DNA of 64,000 nucleotides. Source: a virus. Below, in pieces: positions 38,191 through 48,960 of this stretch. The first letter of the stretch is position 1; each line of letters opens with the position of its first letter. The notes under the pieces were generated by a model. That model made no database searches. It was not told the DNA's origin and worked only from the letters and a program-made list of their open reading frames with translations. The stretch is taken from the IMG/VR virus record IMGVR_UViG_3300034954_001721. One strand, given 5' to 3'. Both the position numbers and the translations under genes were made by a program.

Positions 38191-38275
38191 GCGAGTGTGG
38201 CGGAATCGGTAGACGCACCAGACTTAAAATCTGTTGGGAGTTAATCCCGTGGGGGTTCAAGTCCCCCCACTCGCA
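38191..38275 (+). tRNA. tRNA-Leu(UAA)
   Basis: GCGAGTG/CACTCGC acceptor stem, CAGA-CTTAAAA-TCTG, long variable arm, GTTCAAG. Confidence 0.92.
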
Positions 38276-38299
38276 CTAAATACCTAAAAAAGAAGTATC

Positions 38300-38611
38300 A
38301 TGAAGAACACTTTTGAAGTTGGTTCATCTTTTGTGTGGTACAACGACGAGAAAATTGTTGTAAAGATGTACTTCTTGAATGATATCCCTTTTACTTTTGA
38401 TGAGATGCCAGATGGTCATCTATGGGACCAGGATTTAGTTAGAGAAGCAAACGGAAATAGAAGTTTTGAAGTAGAGGACGTTTATAGAGGTTCTAATTAT
38501 CTTATCATGGAAGGATGCCATCCTTGCTTTGACAATATTGATATTTCTAACCCCGAAGTATTACCAGATGACCTTCTGTCATATTTTGATGAAGAAGATT
38601 TAAGGGGATAA
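38300..38611 (+). CDS. Conserved cyanophage hypothetical protein
   Basis: IVVKMYFLNDIPFTFDE...YLIMEGCHP; late promoter CTAAATA at 38276. Confidence 0.75.
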   Translation: MKNTFEVGSSFVWYNDEKIVVKMYFLNDIPFTFDEMPDGHLWDQDLVREANGNRSFEVEDVYRGSNYLIMEGCHPCFDNIDISNPEVLPDDLLSYFDEEDLRG

Positions 38612-38646
38612 ATAAAACATAGAAATACAATGGTTGTCAGAATAAG

Positions 38647-41600
38647 ATGCCACTCAATAAGTTAGAGAATTTTATCAAGAATACAGAAGGTCGTATTCTT
38701 TATGTAAATCCGAATGACCTTGATGCTACTGATGGTATCGAGAATGCGGGTAACTCCTTAACAAAACCCTTTAAAACTATTCAAAGGGCACTAATTGAAT
38801 CCGCAAGATTTTCATATTTAAGGGGCGATAATAATGATATAACTGAAAAAACCACAATTCTTTTATATCCTGGGGAACACCTAATTGATAATAGACCTGG
38901 ATATGCAATTAAAAGTGTTGGTGGCACCCCTACAACTGTATCTCCCAGTGGAGCAGAATCTTTTGCTGGTAGTGAATTAACACTAACACTAGATTCTAAT
39001 TTTGATTTAACACAAGAAAATAATATTCTTCACAAGTTTAATAGTATTAATGGTGGTATTATTATACCTCGTGGTACCTCTATTGTTGGTCTTGACTTAA
39101 GAAAGACTAAGATTAGACCAAAGTATGTTCCAAACCCAACGGATGAAACTGTAAAATCCAGTGCTATTTTTAGAATTACTGGTGCCTGCTATTTCTGGCA
39201 ATTCTCTATCTTTGATGGAGATGAGAGCGGAACTGTATATACCGATCCTGTTGATTTTTCTTCTAATAATCGTTCAAAACCAACATTCTCTCACCATAAA
39301 CTCACTTGCTTTGAGTATGCTGATGGTGTCAATCTTCCAACTGGTTATGATCTGACAGATCTTGATATGTATTACGCTAAGTTGAGTAATGCATATAACA
39401 AAGCAGCTGGCAATAAAGATATTGATCAAAAATATCCAACACAACCAAATTCGTTTGCAAAACAAAGACCTGAATGGGAAATTGTTGGCGCATTTGCTGC
39501 TGACCCAATTACTATTTCGTCTATCATTTCTGGAGATGGTGCAACTCCTGGTAGTGTGGTTACTGTTACTACATCAATTCCGCATGGATTCAGTGCTGGA
39601 ACACCCGTCAAAATTCGTGGAATCAATGTAAGTGATTATAATATTTCCACGAAAGTTACGAAAATTATAAGTGATAAAGTATTCACATATTCATTATCTA
39701 ATGTAAGAGCGAACTTACCTGCTGGTCCTGGTGCTGGTCTTGCACCAGGTGCAAATGCAACTGCCACTATTGAAACTGATACCGTAACTGGTGCATCACC
39801 ATATATCTTTAATATCTCCTTACGTTCTGTTTTTGGTATGCAGGGTATGCACGCCGATGGAAGCAAGGCAGATGGTTTCCGTTCAATGGTTGTTGCACAG
39901 TTTACTGCTGTATCTCTCCAAAAAGATGATCGGGCATTCGTTAAATATAATCCATCAAATCGGACTTTTGATAGTATCGGTATCACCAAAGTAACCGGTT
40001 CTAAACTTTCTTCAGAATCATCAGCAACTAACGATAAATTTGTTTATCACTTAGATTCTGATGCTGTTTATAGAGAAGGTTGGAAGACAACTCATATCAA
40101 GATGACCAACGATGCCGTTGTTCAGATTGTTTCAGTCTTTGCTATTGGATTCCACAAACACTTCGAAGCAGCAAGTGGTGGTGATGCATCCATTACCAAC
40201 TCTAACTCCAACTTTGGTCAATTCTCATTGGCAGCAGACGGATTCAAGCCAGATGCATTTGATAAGGATGATAAGGGTTATGTAACTTCCATTGTTGCAC
40301 CTAAAGCAATTACTGGTGGAGAAATTAATGTTGAATGGGTTCAGTTTGATGTTGATAAAATTAAGAGTACAGCAAATGAACATCTATATCTCTTAGGATA
40401 TACTAACGAAGATATTCCACCCCCAGTAATTTCTCAAGGTTACAGAATTGGTGCAAGAGAAGGTGAAAGAATTTATCTAGATGCTGATGGCAATAGTGCC
40501 AGAGTTTTGATGACTAATGGTCCTATTACTGCATCTAATACTCAAGTTGATGGAACTGATTCTTCAGTCAAGCGTTATGATAATGTAACTCTCCAAAATA
40601 ATACAGAGGGGACAGTTTACACTGTTGGTGCTCACAATTTACAGAATGGTGAATCAGTTAGAATCATTAGTGAAACTGGTGACTTACCAGAGGGTCTTGA
40701 AGAAAATGTGGTCTATTTTGCGGTCACAAACGCTAAAAATACAAATCTTGCCTCAACACAAATTCAACTTGCATCTTCAAGAACTAATGCAGAAGCATTA
40801 GATGAAGTTACTCTTGTAAATTATGGTGGAGAACAACTTAGAGTTGAAAGTAGGGTATCTGATAAGAAAGCAGGTGAACTTGGTCATCCACTCCAATTTG
40901 ATCCTAATGTGGGACAATGGTGTATTCATACTGATGCGGACAGTGCTTTAGAAGCATATATTAAAACACTACAAGTTCCTGATACAGAAATTTCTTATTT
41001 TAAGAGAATAGAGGATGAGAGAAGTCTGGATGAGAAACTTTACAAGATTCGTTATGTTGTTCCAAAGAATCTTATTAACGGAAGAGATCCTATTCCAGGA
41101 TTTGTTCTTCAAGACTCTAGTTCTACAAATGTAAGACAAGACTCCGACTTTAATGCTATTAGCATTGATACTAATGACTATGATTTCAATCGTAATGTTA
41201 GATTCATTAGTTCTTGTACTTTTGACTCTGGTACATCTACAATAGAAATCAGATCAGAGAAACCACATGGATTGAAAGTCAACGATAAGATTTTCGTTGA
41301 GAACGTAACCAGTACAACTAATACACCTGGTACAAAGAATATTGGTTATAATGGCACATTTACTGTTGAGACAGTAACTAACGATAAAGTATTTTCATTT
41401 GATAGCACTGATGTTTTTGGAACTTCTCATAATCCAGGAACAATTACAAATGATACTGATACTGCATCAAATCAACTTCCCAGATTTACAAGAAAAGATG
41501 TTAAGAAAAACTATTACATCTATCGTGTAGAGACAATCAAGAGTTATGTAAAAAATGTAGATGATGGCATTTATTATCTGTATGCGTTGAATGCTGATGC

Positions 41601-44496
41601 ATCATTGCCACAAGAATTTGTTAATGATAAGTACAGTCAGAATGTAACAAACCTCTATCCACAGTTAGATAGAGATAACTTTGAGGATAATCCACCAGCA
41701 GCAAAAACCTTTGCTAAGAGATTTCCTCTTGGTGATGTTGTAACTAATGACCTGAAGAGAAGTCTCACTAGAGAGAATACTGATATGTTCTTAGACACCT
41801 TTGGTGTCGGATTTAAAATTGGCAGTATAAGTGGAACAACACCCGCAGAGACTTTAACATTTGATAGACAACATGATTTAAATAAACTTGTAAAATATAA
41901 TAATCTTTCTGGTGGTAGTGGTCACGTTGATGGCACTTACAGAAATGTAAGATTGTTCAATGACAATTCTGCACCTGCCTCTGCTGTTTGGGATGGTGCA
42001 ACTGCTGATGTTACTGTTAGTAGTGGTGCAGTCACTGCTGCCTCTATTGTAGAAGGTGGTTCTGGATATACTAGTGGTGAAACATTATATTTTGATAGTA
42101 GTCATATTGGTGGTTCACCCAACGCAAACGTAACTACCAACATTGCTGGTATTTCAACAGCGGAGCATAACTACGTTCAAGTCACTGGTATTGGTACCAC
42201 TGCTGGTGGATATTTCCGTATTAATTCTACTATCAATAGCAAAACAGCAGTCTCTATTGCTAAGACTGCTGGTGACCCAATATCTGCTAAGGGTCAGATT
42301 GTACTGAATCTTGGTATTGCAATGAAAGTAACTCAGGTGAGTTACACTGCGGCAACAGGTATTACTAGATTTACTACCGCCGCAGGTGGTGCTGAAGTAA
42401 GGCATGGACTCTTAAAAGGAAATAGCTTTAGAATCCTTGATAATCAAAATAATAATCTTGGTGATTTTACAGTTTCTGCCAAAATTAATCGCCAAGTATT
42501 TGAGGCAAAAACTGATAAGGAACTTTCCACAACTGATTTCTTCTATATTCTAAAGCATGGCATGTCTGCCAACGATGCATCAGCAGATGCATCTGGTGAA
42601 AACTTTGGTGCTAGAAACCTTGTATTCTATGATAATGAGCAGATTCAAATTACAAGTGATATTACAACAGAAGAACAATTCCAAATTTATCGTCCATCTC
42701 CAGCACCATATCCATTAGAAGATGTTCCTGTGAGATTCCCACTTGGATGTTATATTCAAGTAGATAATGAAATCATGAGAATTAGGAGCAATGCTCTTTC
42801 TGGAACAGGTACTGATGAAATTCAAGTCATTCGTGGTGCAATGGGTACGCTCATTGAATCACATGCTGAAAATTCAGTAGTTAAGAAGATTAAATTGCTT
42901 CCTATTGAATTCCATAGACCATCTATTCTTCGTGCTTCTGGTCATACGTTTGAATATCTTGGTTATGGACCTGGTAACTACTCAACGGGTCTGCCACAGG
43001 TTCAAGTCAAGACCTTGACTGAAGATGAAGAGTTCTTATCACAATCTCAAGAAACATCTTGTGGTACTGTTCTCTACACTGGTATGGACAGTGACGGTGA
43101 CTTCTATATTGGAAACACCAAGTATTCTTCACAGTCTGGTGAACAGACTGTATTTGATGTTCCGGTTCCAACAATTACTGGTGAAGATCCAAACAGACTC
43201 AGTGTTGTCTTTGATGAAGTAATTGTTAAGGAAAGAATTCTGGTTGAAGGTGGTTCATCACAGCAAATCTTATCGCAGTTTGATGGTCCTGTAACCTTTA
43301 ATGCTGATACTAGATTTAATGCTCAACTGGTTATTAATGATAAGTTGAGAGTCACTGACACTGTTGACTTCAGAAGCTCTAATAATGCAACATCCTGTGA
43401 TGATTCTAATGCTGCTCTGAGAGTGAAGGGTGGTGTTGGTATTGGTTCAGATTTATATGTTTGTGGAAATACTGATATTGATGGAACACTAAATGTTCAA
43501 GAAGCTGCAACATTCCAGACAGGTATTGTTCCTGATACTGATGAAGGTGCATATCTTGGTACTAGTGCTTTACCATGGAGTGAAGCACATATTGATGAGA
43601 TTATAATTGGTTCAACTAATAACACAGTAACCACAGCAACTGGTAAGCTAGTTCTTGATTCTAATGGAGGAACAGTTGATATTAACGATCAACTAACAGT
43701 TTCTGGTATTACTACATTTGAAAGTAATCAAGATAACACAATTGGTGATGTAAACACTGGTGCCGTTCAATTAGACGGCGGTATGGGTATTGCTGGAAAT
43801 CTGTCAGTTGGTGGTAATCTTGATGTTGATGGTGATACAACACTTGATAAATTAACTGTTTCTTTAGATATCAATGCTAATGGAAATATTGTAGGTGATG
43901 ATGCAACTGATATTTCTGGTATAAATTCAGTAACTGCATCAAATTTTTACGGTCCTTTAACTGGAGATGTAACCGGTGACTTAACTGGTACTGCTTCTCA
44001 AATTAAGATAACTGACACTACCAATGCTGGCACATATTATCTAACTTTCGCTAGCAATCATGACACTGGTAATTATGATTTAAGAGCGAATGATCGCTAT
44101 TATGTAACTCCAGGTAGTAACGCAGCAGGATCAGAACTTAGAGTTAGAGGAGATATTATTGCATTTGCTGCTGCTGCTTCTGACGATAAACTAAAGACTA
44201 ACAAGATTAATATTACTGGTGCTCTTGATAAAGTAAATTCACTTACTGGATTTACTTTTGAATGGAATGAAGTTGGTAATAAAATTCTTGATTTGGGCGA
44301 TAATCCTGGAAGACAACTTGGTGTTTCTGCACAAGAAGTACAAAAAGTTCTTCCAGAGGCAGTTAAACCTATCGTCACCGATAGGGAAGAAGAATTCCTT
44401 TCGGTCAAGTATGAAAAACTTGTCCCACTTCTGATTGAAGCAGTTAAGGAACTCTCCGATAAAATTTCTGCTCTTGAAGATAGACTAAATAACTAG
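38647..44496 (+). CDS. Large virion fibre/tailspike protein with beta-helix domain and C-terminal intramolecular chaperone (peptidase S74-like)
   Basis: MPLNKLENFIKN.EGRILYV; SDDKLK...ALDKV..L.G.TF.W...YEKLVPLLIEAVKEL; late promoter at 38608. Confidence 0.85.
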   Translation: MPLNKLENFIKNTEGRILYVNPNDLDATDGIENAGNSLTKPFKTIQRALIESARFSYLRGDNNDITEKTTILLYPGEHLIDNRPGYAIKSVGGTPTTVSPSGAESFAGSELTLTLDSNFDLTQENNILHKFNSINGGIIIPRGTSIVGLDLRKTKIRPKYVPNPTDETVKSSAIFRITGACYFWQFSIFDGDESGTVYTDPVDFSSNNRSKPTFSHHKLTCFEYADGVNLPTGYDLTDLDMYYAKLSNAYNKAAGNKDIDQKYPTQPNSFAKQRPEWEIVGAFAADPITISSIISGDGATPGSVVTVTTSIPHGFSAGTPVKIRGINVSDYNISTKVTKIISDKVFTYSLSNVRANLPAGPGAGLAPGANATATIETDTVTGASPYIFNISLRSVFGMQGMHADGSKADGFRSMVVAQFTAVSLQKDDRAFVKYNPSNRTFDSIGITKVTGSKLSSESSATNDKFVYHLDSDAVYREGWKTTHIKMTNDAVVQIVSVFAIGFHKHFEAASGGDASITNSNSNFGQFSLAADGFKPDAFDKDDKGYVTSIVAPKAITGGEINVEWVQFDVDKIKSTANEHLYLLGYTNEDIPPPVISQGYRIGAREGERIYLDADGNSARVLMTNGPITASNTQVDGTDSSVKRYDNVTLQNNTEGTVYTVGAHNLQNGESVRIISETGDLPEGLEENVVYFAVTNAKNTNLASTQIQLASSRTNAEALDEVTLVNYGGEQLRVESRVSDKKAGELGHPLQFDPNVGQWCIHTDADSALEAYIKTLQVPDTEISYFKRIEDERSLDEKLYKIRYVVPKNLINGRDPIPGFVLQDSSSTNVRQDSDFNAISIDTNDYDFNRNVRFISSCTFDSGTSTIEIRSEKPHGLKVNDKIFVENVTSTTNTPGTKNIGYNGTFTVETVTNDKVFSFDSTDVFGTSHNPGTITNDTDTASNQLPRFTRKDVKKNYYIYRVETIKSYVKNVDDGIYYLYALNADASLPQEFVNDKYSQNVTNLYPQLDRDNFEDNPPAAKTFAKRFPLGDVVTNDLKRSLTRENTDMFLDTFGVGFKIGSISGTTPAETLTFDRQHDLNKLVKYNNLSGGSGHVDGTYRNVRLFNDNSAPASAVWDGATADVTVSSGAVTAASIVEGGSGYTSGETLYFDSSHIGGSPNANVTTNIAGISTAEHNYVQVTGIGTTAGGYFRINSTINSKTAVSIAKTAGDPISAKGQIVLNLGIAMKVTQVSYTAATGITRFTTAAGGAEVRHGLLKGNSFRILDNQNNNLGDFTVSAKINRQVFEAKTDKELSTTDFFYILKHGMSANDASADASGENFGARNLVFYDNEQIQITSDITTEEQFQIYRPSPAPYPLEDVPVRFPLGCYIQVDNEIMRIRSNALSGTGTDEIQVIRGAMGTLIESHAENSVVKKIKLLPIEFHRPSILRASGHTFEYLGYGPGNYSTGLPQVQVKTLTEDEEFLSQSQETSCGTVLYTGMDSDGDFYIGNTKYSSQSGEQTVFDVPVPTITGEDPNRLSVVFDEVIVKERILVEGGSSQQILSQFDGPVTFNADTRFNAQLVINDKLRVTDTVDFRSSNNATSCDDSNAALRVKGGVGIGSDLYVCGNTDIDGTLNVQEAATFQTGIVPDTDEGAYLGTSALPWSEAHIDEIIIGSTNNTVTTATGKLVLDSNGGTVDINDQLTVSGITTFESNQDNTIGDVNTGAVQLDGGMGIAGNLSVGGNLDVDGDTTLDKLTVSLDINANGNIVGDDATDISGINSVTASNFYGPLTGDVTGDLTGTASQIKITDTTNAGTYYLTFASNHDTGNYDLRANDRYYVTPGSNAAGSELRVRGDIIAFAAAASDDKLKTNKINITGALDKVNSLTGFTFEWNEVGNKILDLGDNPGRQLGVSAQEVQKVLPEAVKPIVTDREEEFLSVKYEKLVPLLIEAVKELSDKISALEDRLNN

Positions 44497-44513
44497 AAAA
44501 GCATCCCTAAGAG

Positions 44514-46589
44514 ATGGCGAATATCAGAAAGCAGTTTAATTTTCGTAATGGTGTTCAAGTTGATGATGATAATCTAAATGTAACTCCTACAGGTTTGGTC
44601 GGAATCGGTACAACGCTTCCGACAGAATCCTTACATGTAAATGGCAATGCCAAAATTGTTGGTTTTGCATCTTGCGGCACTATCTTCGTAGAAAGTTTAG
44701 AAGCAACTTCTGCTACCATTGAAACTATCAACTTAAATACCACCATAGGTTCTGTTGTTGGTGGTGGTGTCAGTATTGTTTCTGGTATTATCACAGGTGC
44801 TGATTCTGGTATTGTAACATACTTTGGTGATGGTGGAAACTTACTGAATCTTCCAACATCTCAATGGATAGATGTTGATTCTGGTGTTGGATATACTTCA
44901 ATCTATGCTGCGGGTAATGTAGGAGTTGGAACTATAGTTCCTGCATTTACCTTCCAAGTTGCTGGAAATCAAGATATTTCCGTTGAAGGATTTGCTGGTG
45001 GTGTGGGTATAAGTTCTGATGGTGATGTTCTGATTACTGGTGTTACCACATCAGGCAAATTTGCTGGTATCGGTTCAGACTTAACTTTATTAAACGCAAA
45101 TAATATTTCTTCTGGAACAATATCTGCTTCCAGACTTCCAGTTATTTCATCCAGCGCATTAGATTCTAATCAAAGTCTTGGTATAGTAACTGTAACTAAA
45201 CTTGATGCTGATAATGTCGTAGCAGATTCTGCACTAGTTTCTTTAGCATCTACATTCAGCAGTGGATTAACTGTAACTGGAGATCTTGTTGCTACTGCCA
45301 CCACAGCAAAAGGATTGGTTGATAGTCCTGGCATTGCAGTAACATCAATTAGTGCAACAGAAATTACCACAGATACTATTATAGCAGATTCTGTACTTGT
45401 TTCTTTAGCATCTACATTCAGCAATGGATTAACTGTAACTGGAAGTCTTGTTGCTACTGCTACTACAGCACAAAGTCTTACTACTGATTCTGATGTAGAT
45501 ATTGACGATCTTACAGTTGGTGTTGCAACTGTATCCACAAGACTTGTTGCTAATACTGATGTTGGAATTGGAACTACAGCACCACCGGATAAACTTTCAG
45601 TTTATGGTGGAAATGTAAAAGTTTATAATGAATCTAACACATCTACTATCTCTATTGGAAGTTCTGTAGACAATACTGGACATAATGGGCAACTTAGATA
45701 TGGAAATAATATTGGATTATTTGATTATAGCACAGAAGCATCATTTGACTTAATAAATCATGGTTATGGCAATTTTAATTATTACTTAGATGCTCAAGAA
45801 TCTGCTCCAATAGGGATTAAAACTGGAGATTTCCACTGGTTCCATAAAACATCTACTGAATTGATGACGCTTACCTATGATGGTAAATTAGGTATTGGTA
45901 ATACTCAACCAGAAGTAAGACTTCACGTTACTGGATCTTCTAAGTTTACAAATGACGCAACATTTGAGCAGAATTTAAATGTTGATGGAACTCTCTCTGC
46001 TTCGACATTTTCAATAGAATCTATTAATGTTACTAACATTGAGGCAACGGGCATTATTACTGCAAAAAAATTTAATGGAATTTTTGAAGCAAATAGTAAT
46101 AATTCTATAGATGGCGTTGATTCAGAGTTCATACATGTACAAGAAATATTAGCAGTAGGATCTGCTTCTACATCAAATCCAATAAGTTCTGGTAAACTTA
46201 TTATTGGTGATTCTGATGATAGAGTATTCGTTACTAACGGTGGTCAGATTGGTATCGGAACTACCAGTCTGAGGACAAATCCTGATAATTCAGATACTGA
46301 TGAACAGTTCACAATTGTTGCACTAGATCGAACTGCTGGACTGGGTGCGGTTGGTGTTGGAACAACAGCACTACAATCTCTTGTTGACTTCTCCTCAGTT
46401 GGTGTTGGTAGAACTGAAATTTTTACAGTAGAGCAATCAGATGTTGCAAAGATGAGATTTATGCTTCCACCAAAAATTAGTACTGATGAAAGAGCGGGAT
46501 TAACCACTGTTTCGGGTGCAACAATATATAATACAACGACAAATAAACTGCAAGTTTATACAGGAACTGCCTGGGAGAATTTACACTGA
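44514..46589 (+). CDS. Tail fibre-like protein
   Basis: MANIRKQFNFRNGVQVD, VGIGTT repeats, ends GATIYNTTTNKLQVYTGTAW; late promoter at 44485. Confidence 0.8.
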   Translation: MANIRKQFNFRNGVQVDDDNLNVTPTGLVGIGTTLPTESLHVNGNAKIVGFASCGTIFVESLEATSATIETINLNTTIGSVVGGGVSIVSGIITGADSGIVTYFGDGGNLLNLPTSQWIDVDSGVGYTSIYAAGNVGVGTIVPAFTFQVAGNQDISVEGFAGGVGISSDGDVLITGVTTSGKFAGIGSDLTLLNANNISSGTISASRLPVISSSALDSNQSLGIVTVTKLDADNVVADSALVSLASTFSSGLTVTGDLVATATTAKGLVDSPGIAVTSISATEITTDTIIADSVLVSLASTFSNGLTVTGSLVATATTAQSLTTDSDVDIDDLTVGVATVSTRLVANTDVGIGTTAPPDKLSVYGGNVKVYNESNTSTISIGSSVDNTGHNGQLRYGNNIGLFDYSTEASFDLINHGYGNFNYYLDAQESAPIGIKTGDFHWFHKTSTELMTLTYDGKLGIGNTQPEVRLHVTGSSKFTNDATFEQNLNVDGTLSASTFSIESINVTNIEATGIITAKKFNGIFEANSNNSIDGVDSEFIHVQEILAVGSASTSNPISSGKLIIGDSDDRVFVTNGGQIGIGTTSLRTNPDNSDTDEQFTIVALDRTAGLGAVGVGTTALQSLVDFSSVGVGRTEIFTVEQSDVAKMRFMLPPKISTDERAGLTTVSGATIYNTTTNKLQVYTGTAWENLH

Positions 46590-47650
46590 TGGCAATAAAA
46601 AATAGTAATCAAGGTTCTATTTCTTTTTCCGAAATAAAAAATGAGTTTGGTGATTCAAACGGCAGTACTGCTGGAGTTTCATTAGGCAATTATAGAGTCA
46701 GTGAATCTTATGGTGAAATGTCAAATATGCCATTAGATGAAGGTATGCCTCAATCTGGTGCTATTGGAATGTCAGACTTTTATGGCAAAAAACTGAATAT
46801 TGTCGTAAATTATTATAGTGGTGGTACAGAGCATTTACCAGAGAATGGAAAACAAAGATATCAAAAACAAGGACATCCTCAGTCAGAGTGTGTAGGTGAA
46901 TTCAAAGCTCCACCTCAACAAACTACTGGAAGTAAAGTATGGATTCATGTTAATAAAACTATAGGAAGTTCAGGTGCACAACAATCACAGGATGTTTGTG
47001 CATTTAAAACTGGTAACTGGCAAGGTAATACTGATTTAAGAGTTCATGTTGGGAATGAAGGATATATTAGAGGTAAAGGTGGAACTGGTGGAAGTGGCGG
47101 TGATGGTGGAAGTGAAACTGGACAAACGGGATCTCCGGGATCATCCGCGATTGGTATTCAATACTCCAACGGAACAACTATTTTAACTAGTGGTAATGGC
47201 GCAATCGCTGCTGGTGGTGGCGGTGGTGGTGGCGGTGGTGGTGCCGCACGACAAGAAGATAGAGGTAATGACCGCAAAGCGGGTGGAGGAGGTGGAGGAG
47301 GTGGTTTCGGACTACCTGTTGGTGATGGTGGAGAAGGTGGCACTGGTGATGGAAGATACGCTAGTGGCGGTGGGGGTCAGCAGGGAACGGTCACATCGCA
47401 GGGACAAGGAGCTGCTGGTGGTGGCGGTGGTGTTAATGATGGTGAGGCATACGCTGGTCATGGTGGAAGAGGCGGAGTAGCAGGCGCTGTTGGACAAACT
47501 GGCGGTGATGGTTCTGGTAATAAGCAAGAAGGTGAAGGTGGAGGTGGAGGTGCTGGTGGAAATTGGATAAGAACGGGTGGTAACAGTGTTCAAAGTCAAG
47601 GTTGGCAGGGACAATCACAAGGACAATATAGTTCTGGAACCGTAGCATAA
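46589..47650 (+). CDS. Glycine-rich fibre-tip adhesin (gp38-like architecture)
   Basis: ISFSEIKNEFG...SGAIGMSDFYG N-domain followed by polyglycine runs. Confidence 0.65.
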   Translation: MAIKNSNQGSISFSEIKNEFGDSNGSTAGVSLGNYRVSESYGEMSNMPLDEGMPQSGAIGMSDFYGKKLNIVVNYYSGGTEHLPENGKQRYQKQGHPQSECVGEFKAPPQQTTGSKVWIHVNKTIGSSGAQQSQDVCAFKTGNWQGNTDLRVHVGNEGYIRGKGGTGGSGGDGGSETGQTGSPGSSAIGIQYSNGTTILTSGNGAIAAGGGGGGGGGGAARQEDRGNDRKAGGGGGGGGFGLPVGDGGEGGTGDGRYASGGGGQQGTVTSQGQGAAGGGGGVNDGEAYAGHGGRGGVAGAVGQTGGDGSGNKQEGEGGGGGAGGNWIRTGGNSVQSQGWQGQSQGQYSSGTVA

Positions 47651-47674
47651 ATAATAAAAAATTGAATTTTTATT

Positions 47675-48256
47675 ATGCAACCCGATTTTATTCAAAGGTA
47701 TACTGACGTATACTCCATGGGGGAGTGTAAGAGAATAATAGATGAAATAGAATTTTTGCATAATATTGGACAACTTTCTAAAACTACAGACGAAGGTAGT
47801 CCACGTCACATTCAAGATCATCTGGTTTTTAACTTTGCAAATAATCTAGATTATTCTTTAGAAAATGGTTGTACTGTAACAAGTTTATTATTGAACAAAC
47901 TTGGTACATGTCTTCAACACTATCTGAAAATGTATAGTGTTTTAGATAGATCAAAATTCCTAGCATATGACTGCAAAGTCAAAAAAATATATCCAGGAAC
48001 AGGATTTCATAATTGGCACTATGAAAGTGGAGAATATTTTACTACTGGTAGAAAATTAGTAATGCAAGTTTATCTAAATGATGAATTTGAGGGAGGAGAA
48101 ACAGAGTTTTTATATTATAACAAAAGAGAAAGAGCAGAAACAGGTAGTGTTTTAATATTCCCATGCGAATTTACACACACTCATAGAGGAAATCCCCCTA
48201 TTGGTGGCACCAAATATCTTGCCACAACATGGGCATGGTTACAAAACGAAGAATGA
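47675..48256 (+). CDS. 2OG-Fe(II) oxygenase
   Basis: WHYE, YLNDEFEGGETEF, FTHTHRG, KY. Confidence 0.9.
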   Translation: MQPDFIQRYTDVYSMGECKRIIDEIEFLHNIGQLSKTTDEGSPRHIQDHLVFNFANNLDYSLENGCTVTSLLLNKLGTCLQHYLKMYSVLDRSKFLAYDCKVKKIYPGTGFHNWHYESGEYFTTGRKLVMQVYLNDEFEGGETEFLYYNKRERAETGSVLIFPCEFTHTHRGNPPIGGTKYLATTWAWLQNEE

Positions 48257-48915
48257 AATTGAGAAATTATCCTATGGAAACTGTAAATGTTGAAGCACAT
48301 TATAATCCATTTCCACACTTAATTATTCGTAATTTTTATAATCAAGAGGAGTTGGATTTAATTTGGGAAGAGTTAAAGTTTTATACAAAACCAGGAAAAT
48401 TACTTTCTGCTAAAGATTATTATGGAGTTCCTGACTATACAAATGCTAAAGCATTGCTTTTAGATGATATCTATCTTAATCATGAAGGAAAAGATAAACC
48501 AAACTATAGAAAATTATCAAATATTTTAACTGTCAATAGAAAAGTATTTGATCCAGATATTTTAAGTGTTCTTGAAACATTACATCCTTGTTGTGCTAGA
48601 GCATCCAAGTCAACGTGGGATGTTACAAAGGTTAGATATTATCATGACAGTGAGTACTATGATCCCCATACTGATATTAGTATGAATTTTTTAGCATTTT
48701 CCTATTTTTATAAAGAACCCAAGAAATATACAGGTGGTGAATTATATTTTCCAGAATATGATTATGAATTTGATTGTGAAAATAACTCAACAATAATCTT
48801 TCCAGGTTGGGTAAAACATGGTGTTAAAAAGGTAAGTATAGCAAATTCTGACTACTTTGAGGGTTATGGTCGTTATGCTATTACATCATTCTTCGGATTC
48901 GGAAAGCAGACTTGA
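48253..48915 (+). CDS. 2OG-Fe(II) oxygenase (prolyl-hydroxylase-like)
   Basis: PHTD, YTGGELYF, IIFPGWVKHGV, RY; ATG 48253 overlaps the upstream stop. Confidence 0.9.
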   Translation: MKLRNYPMETVNVEAHYNPFPHLIIRNFYNQEELDLIWEELKFYTKPGKLLSAKDYYGVPDYTNAKALLLDDIYLNHEGKDKPNYRKLSNILTVNRKVFDPDILSVLETLHPCCARASKSTWDVTKVRYYHDSEYYDPHTDISMNFLAFSYFYKEPKKYTGGELYFPEYDYEFDCENNSTIIFPGWVKHGVKKVSIANSDYFEGYGRYAITSFFGFGKQT

Positions 48916-48940
48916 CATAAAACTGAAATATCAGTAGAAT
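48912..48940 (+). promoter_or_regulatory. Sigma70-type promoter
   Basis: TTGACA-17 nt-TAGAAT upstream of ATG 48961. Confidence 0.75.
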
Positions 48941-48960
48941 ATCTTTGTTAAGGTTGATAG

